A DNA stretch of 64,000 bases from Zygnema circumcarinatum SAG 698-1b. Taxonomy: Eukaryota > Plantae > Zygnematophyceae. Both the position numbers and the translations under genes were made by a program. Location: contig CM074804.1 in assembly GCA_037447605.1 (NCBI GenBank), positions 7,913,909 through 7,977,908 of the forward strand, given 5' to 3'. Within the stretch, counting starts at the first letter, position 1, and each line of letters starts with the position of its first letter. The notes below the pieces were generated by a model. The model saw nothing but the letters and a program-made list of their open reading frames with translations. It made no database searches and was not told the origin of the DNA. Of the stretch, positions 37,404 through 48,337 are shown piece after piece.

Positions 37404-38640
37404 CTTTTATGGATAGGACCAAGCCGGCTCCATCTACAAAAAAATGCTTCATTGCAACAGCCGCTTCCCCTCCTACACATCTTCAACCTTCAACGGTTCC
37501 TTGTCTTTTGCAAGCGAAGTTTTAACAGGGCAAGATTCAATAGTCGCTTTTATGCGAGTAACCAAGCGTGCTGCGCCCATACAAAACGATTTCATTGCAC
37601 CGGCCTCTCCTTCTTTTACGAATCCTCCAGTGGAACATCTTCATGTACCCCTTCGGTTGGATACCTTCGTGGACGAGCGGGATACGCCTTCAACTGTAAG
37701 TCATAGAAACTTGAATCTTTTAGCACGAAGGTTACATAGAAAACATTCTATGAAGAAAGTTGTCAATGAAGTGCCAGTGGAACCGTGTGTTTCAAAAACC
37801 GTGAGGGCACGAAAACGACAAATAATGAATCAGTCTGAGTCTAACTTTGAACTGGCACTATTTTGTGAGGCCTTCAGTAGGAGTAAGGATGCTGTTCCAA
37901 ATTTCCCTTTGCCAAGTCAACTTCCAAATGCTATCCCGAACACATCGACTTCAAGAGTAGTAGGAGAAGAGTATTTCATTCACGTCTATTTCATTCATTT
38001 CATTCCCAACCCCTTTTTTGACATAACTCCTCCAACTCACTTATAATCAAATCATTCGTGAATGAAATTGACTCTTCTCTTACCACTATTGAAGTCGATG
38101 TGTTCGGGATAGCATTTGGAAGTTGGCTTGGCAAAGGGAAATTTAAAACGACATCCTTACTCCTACTGAAGGCCTCACAAAATCGTGCAAGCTCAAAGTT
38201 AGACTCAGACTAATTCATTATTTGTCGTTCTCGTGCCCTCACGGTTTTTGAAACACACGGTTCCACTGGCACTTCATTGACAACCTTTTCTATAGAATAT
38301 TTTCTATGTAACCCTCGTGCTAAAAGATTCAAGCCTCTATGACTTGCAGTCGAAGGCATATCCTGCTCGTCCACGAAGGTATCCAACCGAAGGGGTACAT
38401 GAAGATGTTCCACTGGAGGATTCGTAAAAGAAGGAGAGACCGGTGCAATGAAATCGTTTTGTATGGGCGCAGTACGCTTAGTTGCTCGCATAAAAGCGAC
38501 TATTGAATCTTGCCCTTTTAAAAATTCGCTTGCAAAAAACAACGGAACCGCTGAAAGTTGAAGATGTGTAGGAGGGGAAGCGGCTATTGCAATGAAGCAT
38601 TTTTCTGTAGATGGAGCCGGCTTGATCCTATCCATAAAAG
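37404..38640. repeat. Long inverted repeat (foldback); arms of about 580 bp and a 72-nt spacer
   Basis: 37404-37984 is the reverse complement of 38057-38640 with scattered, mostly transition, differences. The ORF track shows the same peptide on + (37444-38046) and - (38210-38659). Confidence 0.95.
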
Positions 38641-39179
38641 CGAGTATTGAATCCTGCACTGCTAGAAGTTCTCTTGGAGGAGTGACGAGGACCGCTGGTA
38701 CAAGTACAGAATTGGAAACTCACATTCAATGCATTCAGAAGAAGGAAGGATAGCCTTTACCTCTCGTTTTTCGCAAAGGCATGCACAGCCGGCTACAGTA
38801 AACCATTGGAAGTGGAGAATTGAAAGTGCATGGCAGTGCATGCCCTAAAGCCACATGCATGCCAAGGCGGCCCTATGGTTGCTCTCTCGCATGAGAATTT
38901 GCAGTATGTGTCACTTTCCCTCCTCTCCGGTTCCCTCGAGCCATGCAATTTATACGCGTGCTCTCACCAGCGACCTCCCGGCAGCATGTCATATTGGAGC
39001 TCCACATGGCGTCTTGCAGAAGCAGCCGCCACGTGGAATGGAGACAGATATTTTGCGGTGGTACAGGCAAAGGCCAGGGGACTGGAGGCTGACAGTAAGT
39101 GAATTTTTGTGAAGGTGGTGGCACCTACAGCTGGTAGTTTGCCGGCCAGCTCCGAAGGAACTAGTGATCGTTGGTGGCC

Positions 39180-41653
39180 ATGGCTCCCAAGGGGGCAGAG
39201 AAAGAGAGAGAGTCCTTGCAAAATAAGCTGGAAAGGGAGGCTCCAAAACACCTTGACGGAACAGTGTTACCTGATGAGAAATCTTTCGACCTGCAGGTAA
39301 CCTACGAAATCTAGATTTTAGAGATCATTTAAAGAATTCCTTACCGTGAGTATGCATAGCTACTTGTTTTACGCACAAGTCCATAGCGGGATTAGGAGTC
39401 TCAACGTGCCTCTTTTTTCCAACTTTGGTTAAGATCTATGTTTTGATAGGTGTGTGTTCCTCCCTGTTCATGAAACACTATCGACAAAGCGTTTTCAGCA
39501 AATGCGTTTGCACACCATGACTATTTGCCGCTTTCCGTTGATATTTTCTAAACATAAGAATTCAATCAATTGGAGTCACTCAATCGTATGATGTCGTCGT
39601 CTCAATCGTCGTCGTCTCATCTGCTTTTTTCTTGAACAATATTTTAGGCCGAGGGTAATTTGCTGTATTATTATTTACTGTATGATGAAGGTGAAAGTTG
39701 TGAATGTTATGATGAAGGTGAAAGTTGTGAATGTTTTGATGCAGGAGGAGCTAAAACGCCATGGCGGTATTGATACCCTCGTGCCAAGGCCCGGGGCTGA
39801 CAGTCTTGTTCGTCAGCGCTTGGATCTTGGCCTCGAGAAAGCGCTCAGTTGCGCAGCCCAGTAAGTGTTTCTCTCCTCCCCTTTCCATTTTTTTTCAAAT
39901 ATGTCTTGTTTGGCTGCTTTCAATATGCTTGATACATTTTCTGCACAGTTTTGACACATTTTTTACATAGTTTTGACTCGATTTGCGCGATTGTTGTTTT
40001 GCAGTGTGCACCTGACAGCATGGTATGCTTACGAAAGGCTCGTTTTGTTCTGCGGGACCGACATCGTCAGCTTGCCTGGCCACGCCAAATTCTTTCGCAA
40101 GCGCGCTTTCGAGTACCATGTGTCTTTCAATGAAATTGCTTGCTTTGCGGTACATTTGTCGTTGCCGTTTGCCTCTTTGAAGCGCATTTCTATTCAATCA
40201 ATTTTCACACTGTTTGTTTATTTTATAGAATATTCTTGAAGCGAATCACATGCATGTAAGATGACTTGTATCAATCTTTTTGTTTAGATTGATAGCTTGC
40301 TGTCATGCTTGCCGTTGCAGAGTGGGCGTGGTGGAGACATGAACCTGCGACCAATTCTCCCCCCCCCGGAGCTCAACGTTGATAAGGGCGGTGCTGGTTT
40401 GGCTGGTATTCTTTTTCCTACTATTCTTTTTCCTACTGTATTTTTGTTTGCGGAGTTTAGAGTAGTTTGATGCGGAGTTTAGAGTAATTTGATTCTTTCA
40501 ACAATGTGCTATCTAGCTAGGCCAAACCTTCAACGTACAGAACAAAAATGTATATATGTTTCAGGATTATGTCACCTACAAACCCTTTTCGCTCTGTTAT
40601 TGCAGCTATGGAGTTTTCGTTGGCCACTTGCAAGGTGATTCCTTCACTCTTGCTTCCGTTTTTCTTCTCCAATAGACTCTTGTTATTTTCGTTCAAAATG
40701 TCAATTCCACTCTGAAAGTTGCCGAACGATTTTTTTGAAACAAGGTTTTAAGTAGCACTATTTTTTTCTTTTTCTAAATTTGCTGCCTCACTTTCTGAAT
40801 GGATGCAGCTCGTCTATGAGAAGCAGCTTCAGCTATACAAGGTAGGCAAGACTTCAGCCATGGCTTTAGAACAGAAAAATCTGCAACATTCTTTTGGCCG
40901 AGCTTGTGACATTTCAATCGTATATTCTTTGTATTATTTTTAAGATGAAACCATTCAGACGCTCCTTCTTGTGCATGCGTTGGTGAGCAGGCTGCAGAAA
41001 TAGCAGGCGATGGGGGGGCCATGTACTTTGTCACCGATTCCCTGATATCTCCCATGGTATGTATGGTGGCTTTGACTTACAGCGTTGCAAAAAAGGTCAA
41101 GTAATGAATCATTCTGGATGTTTGTCTATTCGTGCTTAATATAGATAGGACTTGAAAGGTTCATTTCTCCATTAACCGAGAGATTAACTTATGCTTGGAT
41201 TCTTGGTTGTGCGCAGGTGGAATCCATTAAACAGACCGCCGGTTACATCACCACTCTACGACGCATGGGACCTGGACTGGGTAAGCAGTAGCATACGTAG
41301 TAGAATTGTGTTTCGGCTTTTGCTTTTGACATGGATTGGTTGGGAACTGTGCTTTGACCTTCGTGTTGCTTTACAGGAGAATACATGTTTGACCAACATC
41401 TGTTGCTTGGAGTTGACCCCCGGGCTCTCTTAGCCGGTCTGGTAAAGCCTAAAAGCCCTTTTTTTCTCTTGAAAAGTGTTGAAGCTGACATACAGAATTA
41501 TATTGCTGTTGCTTGGTACCACCCTCCCTTACTTTCTTTCCGCTTGTTTTTTCCATTTCTTTCTTTCCTATTGGCCCAAATTTGCAGTCGCAAAGCTCTA
41601 CTGTGGAGCCCCCCTCGAAGAAAGCGCGCGTGGCAACATCAACCAACATTTAG
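39180..41653 (+). CDS. Ferritin-like protein 2 (ferroxidase-dead, no transit peptide, C-terminal NLS-like motif)
   Basis: Ten exons: 39180-39296, 39745-39860, 40005-40149, 40321-40405, 40606-40634, 40809-40841, 40991-41056, 41217-41280, 41377-41441, 41588-41653. Motifs SLVRQR, VSLPGHAKFFR, RGGDM, AMEFSLA, VESIKQ...LRRMG and GEYMFDQHLL. It ends ...VEPPSKKARVATSTNI*. Confidence 0.85.
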
Positions 41654-43351
41654 AGGTTGCGCAGATGTGCCCTCCCTCATCCCTCTTTGTAGGCTTTGGG
41701 TGCAATTGGGGCGGCTGCAATAGGGTTGGGAGCTCGGAACAAAGAAGAAAAGCGGGGCATATCAAGGGAGTGGTTTTAAAAACTCTTGTAAGAAGTGTTG
41801 GAAGGACACATTAAAAGAAGTCTTGGAAGGACACGGAAATGACGATGTGGGCGAGTGAAATGAGAGAGAGAGAGAGAGAAAGAGAGTCTGCCTGCATGCT
41901 TACGGATGGTGTCGTGAGGTGGAACCAACTGGGATGATGATCCTTTGGAAAAAGAAAAAACGTTTGATTTGTTTTGCGAGCGCTTATGGTATGCTTTGAA
42001 GTGGCGGTGCGTTTTTGTAGAAGCTCCTTGCGTAGATGGGCGTGCACATGGGCCCAAGTCCAGAGCTTGCTTTCCCCGCTTCAACCTTCTCTCTCTCTCT
42101 CTGTCCATGGCACCATTGCCGTGCCCTCCCTCCCTCTCTTCGAGTCCGTTAGTTCCAGTCCCTTCCTCCCTCCTGCCTGCCTGCTTGCTTGCTTGCCTGT
42201 TCCTCTCTCTCTCTCTCTCTGCTCCCGACCCCATTTTCCCCCCCTTCAGTCTTCGGGCTCTTCCCCCTCGAATGTGGTGACGTCAAAGGTTGAAACTTGC
42301 ATGCGTCATTACCCTGGAGGGTTCGCAATTTCATGACGCAGATACCCACAACCCCATGAAAATGCCAATTGGACAGTTTTGATGCTACAGCCAGACCGTA
42401 GCAGTCTGTCGTGGCTGCTGTAGCACATTTTGTAGCCCATTTTGGACTGCTGAATAGTGACGTAGATGACGTCACCAAGTTGGAATTGCAATGTGACGTC
42501 ATAAAGTTGCAGTCGTTTCTATTTTGTGATATCATCAGGCTGGAATCTTTTTTGTCATGGATGCGGACAGGTTTACGGGTTCGATTCAAAAAATTGCATT
42601 TCAGAGCCTCCCAAGTTCCAACGGGTGGCTCGAATTGCCCGCAGCCCCCCCCCTTCCCCTCCAGCCCGCAAATCACCATTTTTCGGTTCGATTCCAGTTC
42701 AAAAAACTTCTTTTTTCAAACTCGGTTTTTAAACAGCAAACTGCCAGTTGTCGCACACTCATTGGGCTTGATCACCCAATACCACCGAAGTATTTGGAAA
42801 AAAATATTTTTAGCTATATTAATTAATTAATTAATTATTTATTTTAGGAACGACAATCATCCAAAGCTTACTTTTTTTTTCAAATTTCATGTCCAAGTTC
42901 CACTTGATCTGAGTTTTGGCCAGAAAAAAATATTATTTTCTCTTGCAATGTTCAAGTTCAACCAACCAAAAATCGAGAAATTCAAAGCTACCCGCACGCG
43001 CCTGTTTCGCTATACCCCATTTTAGTGTTCGATCCTCCTGTCTCTATTTTCCCGCAACCCGCCGGTTGAGCCCCACCCTCCAGCTGGCGTGCGCCCATTG
43101 GTCTGCGCCCAGGTCGCCCGCCAATGTTTGCGCGTCACGTGGCGCCCGCCCGGAGCGCTTTCCGCCCTCCGCCCGTCGCAGGCCCTCACAAAGCCTCATC
43201 ACGCCACGTCAGGTCTTGGAAACCCATCCTTATTTGGCAGGAGGGAGAGGGAGAGGGAGAGAGAGGGAGAGAGGGAGAGTGGGAGAGGGAGAGGGAGAGG
43301 CCGGCAAGAAAGGGAGAGAGGGAAGTAGAGGAGGAAAGAGAAGGGAGGGAA

Positions 43352-46300
43352 ATGGCGGCTGTGGTGTCAGTCGAGGGGGCAGTGAGGCCGGGATTGCTGA
43401 ATGCGGCGGTTGCAAAGGTGAAGGCAGGGGCGGGAGGAGCGGCGGCGGCCTCAGTGGCTGTTGCAAGGAGTGCGGCTGGCAGCCATGGATCAAGCTCGCT
43501 GGTATCTTCTTTTAGAGGAGCGACCAAGGTCGTGAAGAGGGAGAGTGTTGCTGTTAGGCAGGGCCGCCGGTCTGCAGGAAAGGCTCAGGCGTCGCTTGTG
43601 ACTGAGAAGCAGCAGGTGGACGCGGTGAGAAAGTTACTCCGCAGCAATGGCTTAAGCAATATATATGGAATCAACGAGGAAGATTGATGCCTGACGAGAG
43701 GTTGATGAATTCTTGAACAGCGTGATTCGATGAGCCGCAATGCCTTTGAAGAATTTCTTGAAACGATAGTTAACAATGGACTGAACATTGCAAATTTGTG
43801 TTTCTTGACTGTGCGTGATTAACTGACTTAGCCCTTTTGTACCACGAAGCTTTGGAAATTTTGAGTTACTGATCCTTACATTTACAGAACAAGGTCTCCA
43901 TCTTTGTGATCTTTTCGGTTTGAAGTACTTGATGTCTCCAAGAAAATTTCTCAAAGCTTAGGGAGTCGTTGCAACTGTCCTGAGTGATGTCTTTTCTCGG
44001 TCCCTTGTCGTTGTTTTCAAGATTTTGTGCTTTCTGCGAGTTTTTGTCCCCTCATGATCCATTCAGAGGATACCTTACTCTCAAGAATTGCAAACTTGTG
44101 AATTGTAAGCGTTGCACAGGTTTCTTTTCTATAGTGGCGCCTCATTGCTGGCATATTTATGAGTAGATTAGGTCTACGGAACTTTTGAGGTAAACGTTGA
44201 CTCAGTTGTCCAGACTTATCTTGCCTCATCTGTACTTCAACTTGCAGTTCTGAGCTAGTTCCCCTAAGTTGGCTTTAGTTGCCTTCGTTGACATCGTCCA
44301 TGTCAAGAAGATGTAATTGATGTGAGCAGGGTTCTAGAATATTATTCTTGCTGCAGAAAGAGAAATTCGGCATATTCTTTGTAGTCGTGCTCTTTCCTAA
44401 TTTCTTTAAGTGGATGAATGAATGCAGGAGATCACCCGGGACGAAGGGTTGATGCTCTATGAAGACATGGTATATGGTCGAACTTTTGAAGACATGTGCG
44501 CTCAGATGTATTATCGTGGGAAAATGTTTGGATTTGTGCATTTATACAATGGACAAGAGGCAGTGTCCAGTGGAATAATTAAATATCTCCGTCAAGATGA
44601 TTATGTTACCAGGTATGATTCATTCTGGCTCAAGGGAATAGCATCTCAGTGGTCTGCTGCAGCATCCATTTAGGTCTATGCTTACTTTTTATCTTCGCTG
44701 TTCTTGTTAAAGTGAATGCCAGTTAATCCTTCCTGGAAAACAATTTTTCGTATTCAACTTTAAACTTGCATCTTTATCAGTTCATCCACATGTAGGTCTG
44801 GCTGACTTGCCCCAAGAAATTACAATTTTTTGTGTTACTTATTTCCGGTAGTAAAACTATCCTATGTAGAGACATTCTTCATCTCCCTTCTTGTGCGGCT
44901 TCTCAGTCAGGCATTTGACGTGGTTCCTTTCTGCTTGCAGCACCTACCGTGACCATGTTCACGCAATCAGCAAAGGTGTGCCTGCGAGGGAAGTGATGGC
45001 GGAGCTTTTCGGAAAGGCAACAGGATGCTGCAGGGGCCAGGGAGGCTCAATGCACATGTTTTCCAAGGAGTGGAACGTGCTGGGAGGTTTTGCATTTATC
45101 GCGGAGGGTATTCCTGTGGCCACTGGAGCTGCCTTGCAAGTGCGCTACAGCAAAGAAGTGCTGAAGGACGAAACAGCTAACCAGGTTTCAGGTCAGTGTT
45201 TATTCAATTTTCTGCCGTAGGTTTTATGCCTTAGCTTGGTTCGAAGAAGCTGTGTGACGGCTGGGTAAAGGAGCTTGACAAAGGCGTGTATATGTTTTCT
45301 GCTTTTTCGGAGAGCACATTGTAGTTTCGGTAAATGTATTTAAGCGGATATGCGAAGTCTTCGACTTGGTATTTCTTCCCTTGTTTATTGCGTTTAGAAT
45401 TCTGCATGTTGGAGGAAGTAAAGATTTACTCGTTTATGGAGCTTTTATAGTGTAGCTAGCGTCGAAGTTGTTGTCGTTTTGTGATAAACTTCTTACTTCT
45501 GAATACAGTGCTCCCTGTTTCCGTAGCGTCCTACAAGATAAGACTTGCTAAGTCTTGACAAGGGAGATGGTCGTGCGTGCAGTGGCCTTTTTTGGAGATG
45601 GAACAGCCAACAATGGCTCGTTCTTTGAGTGCCTGAACATGGCTGCTCTGTGGAAACTTCCGGTCATTTTTGTTGTGGAGAACAACTTGTGGGCCATTGG
45701 AATGAACCACTACCGCGCCACCTCAGTTCCAGAGATCTGGAAAAAGGGCCCCGCATTTGGAATGCCTGGAGTGCATGTGGACGGAATGGATGTTCTCGCA
45801 GTGCGAAAGGTCGCATTGGAAGCCATCGATAGGGCTCGGAGGGGGGATGGGCCAACCTTGATTGAGTGCGAGACTTACCGGTTCCGAGGACATTCTCTTG
45901 CGGATCCCGATGAACTCCGTGATCCCGGTAAATACCGAAGCACTATGTGGAGCTGATTGCATGGTCTAGAGGTGAAGAGTTTCGTGAATAGAAGCAGATT
46001 GTTTGTGCACTTTTAACGATTTCCTTTTCTTTTCTTTACATACAGGGGTAAGTATCTATCTTTTAAGCTGAATGCAAGAATATGTTGGTTTTGTTGGGTA
46101 TATACTTGAGAAAATTTTCTAGCTTGATTGGAGTGGTGGAAGTGGTTTGAAGACTGAAGAACGATTGTAATTATTGATATCTGGCTAATTGATCCTGTTC
46201 TTAGGAACGAGTTCACTTTTTCTTGAGAAACCATTTTGTAATTTTTTATTTCTTGTTTTTCTCCTGGTGAGCAGAGGAGAAGGCCCGCTATGCTAAGAGA

Positions 46301-46842
46301 GACCCCATTGTTGCGCTGAAGAAATATCTTCTGGAGAATGATTTGGCAACAGAGGCAGACTTGAAGGTATCTTTTCTTTCTTCTTCATTTGAGAGCTATT
46401 TGAATAGTTTCGCCTATTTTGATGTGGCTTTTCAGAGGCCTCCTCTCCAGACCCAGAAGGAGGGTTAAATTAATGGCACTCTCTAAAGCATGATATCATA
46501 GGTCCTTGCCTCGTCGATTACCTCCTTCCTAGTCTGTGATTGAGTCCCAAGGGTGAATTATGGAAAGAATGCATGGGCAGTAGAACGCTGCTCTTTGGAG
46601 CACTTGTTCTGGACAAATTGTCTGACCTATTGTCTCATATGTGTTTTGCTTTGCAGGCCATTGAGAAGAAGATTGATGACGTTGTGGAAGAGGCGGTGGA
46701 GTTTGCCGACCAGAGCCCGATGCCGGTCAGGTCCCAGCTCCTCGAGAACGTGTTCGTTGATCCCAAGGGCTTTGGGATAGGCCCCGATGGAAAGTACCGA
46801 TGCGAAAACCCAGACTTCACTTCAGGCACAGCCGCAGTCTAG
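43352..46842 (+). CDS. PDH-E1a: Pyruvate dehydrogenase E1 alpha subunit, plastid type
   Basis: Ala/Ser-rich transit peptide, then [48 protein letters not shown] (TPP-binding) and [16 protein letters not shown] across about six exons. Confidence 0.96.
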
Positions 46843-48209
46843 GCCGGATTCGGTCGGTCAGTCAGTCACATTTGAACGCTATAAGCCACAAACCATGTAA
46901 ACATCTCGCGGTTCAAAACTGTTGAGTTGAGGAAACTTCATGGAACCTTTTTAAAGCTAGTGCTGATATATATATACTTCTGTTAGGGCGATCATCACTT
47001 CAAATCTGCAGCTCCACTTGTAGAGAACGGCCAGTCGATAAAGACAGGCGTTACTGGACGCTTTCATATTGTTGGGAGTGGTGGGGGAGGGAGGAGTGGA
47101 GAGAGGGCGAGACTCCTTTTCTGTGAATACAGTGAAGTGAAGCAGGAGAAGATTTGAGCTGCTAAAGAATTGCTGGCTTCGCCCTATATGGGGCGGGGAA
47201 AATACTGTAGGAGATTGCTGCAGGGGCATACGAATTGGGATTTCGCAGCTGAAATTGGCTGATTGTAAAGGCTTTTTTCGTCTGAGGATTTCTATGTGTT
47301 TGCTATTTGGTTCTCTGCCTCGGTCCCTGTTTCCTTGCGTGTTACGCTACCTACTTTGCTGCTTTCTGTAAATGTTGCAGGGTGTAAAAGTTTTCCGAAT
47401 TTTCCTTAAAAAGTCAAAAAGATAAAATCATCATGTTAAGTTTATGTCTATTGAGTTAAAAGGTGGATCTTCCTTGTGAAGTGGAATAGCCTGCACGATG
47501 CTCAACGTGGTCCCTTTGTGGCGAAGTCACAGCAGAACAGTGAATGATTCGGTGACCGTTGCGAACATGGAACAATGTTTCCGTTGAGAGAAACGCCTGC
47601 ATTGTAAACTGTTCGAGTTTCATGAACCTCATACGAAACAAGAAAGACTCGGAGCTATGAGCCATGATTGCCTCGGCCAAAATCGCTACATCAAATTCAA
47701 CACTAACTTCTGTATATCTCCATTTTGATTTATGCTATTGCTCTTTGCCAAAGACAACAGCATACTTACTTACATCATGCTTGCTTGCTTGCTTTGCTTG
47801 CTCTTGCTCTTGCTCTTTTCATTCGGCATGTAGAAACCACAGCAAACTGTTAGAGCCCAGAATTTCTACCCTGGGTGGAAGCAGGCAAGCTTTTGGGCCC
47901 TTAGCGCTATCTCCCCATTACATACCCCGCAGTGGCGAGCGAATGGGGAGCAGTTTAAATTAAGTGATTCATCGCTTGGGGTTGAAGGAAAGCAAAAGCT
48001 CGTCCTTCCCTTCACCCTCCCTCTCTTCCCCCTCTTTCCTGCGCTCTCCCCTCCCTCCCTCCCTCCCTCCCTCCCTCCCCGTGTAGCGCTGGAAAGGCGA
48101 GGGAAGGCGGAAACATTGAAATTTGAAATCCGTAGCTGAACGGATGACGACGCCAGCACAAGCCTGACGTCATGACTTGGACCCAGGTCATAACTATCAC
48201 GTCACAGGG

Positions 48210-48264
<55 letters not shown>

Positions 48265-48337
48265 AACGCTCCCACCCTCCCTCACGGGCCTGAGCAGGGA
48301 GGCACGTGGTGGGATCAGAGCATCTGCGGGGACCCCC

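Noticed and set aside
37444-38659. ORFs of 200 aa (+) and 149 aa (-) as genes
   Set aside because: They are mirror images from the inverted repeat. One arm has a 1-nt indel and the other an early stop, and differences are mostly non-synonymous.
33649-41653. Ferritin-like genes as decaying pseudogenes
   Set aside because: All 19 exons splice in frame with GT-AG ends and no premature stops despite deep divergence, and the same non-canonical residues are shared by both copies.
43702-43784. Box C/D snoRNA candidate in PDH intron 1 (TTGATGA...CTGA)
   Set aside because: Imperfect C box, no terminal stem, and no rRNA-complementary guide recognised.
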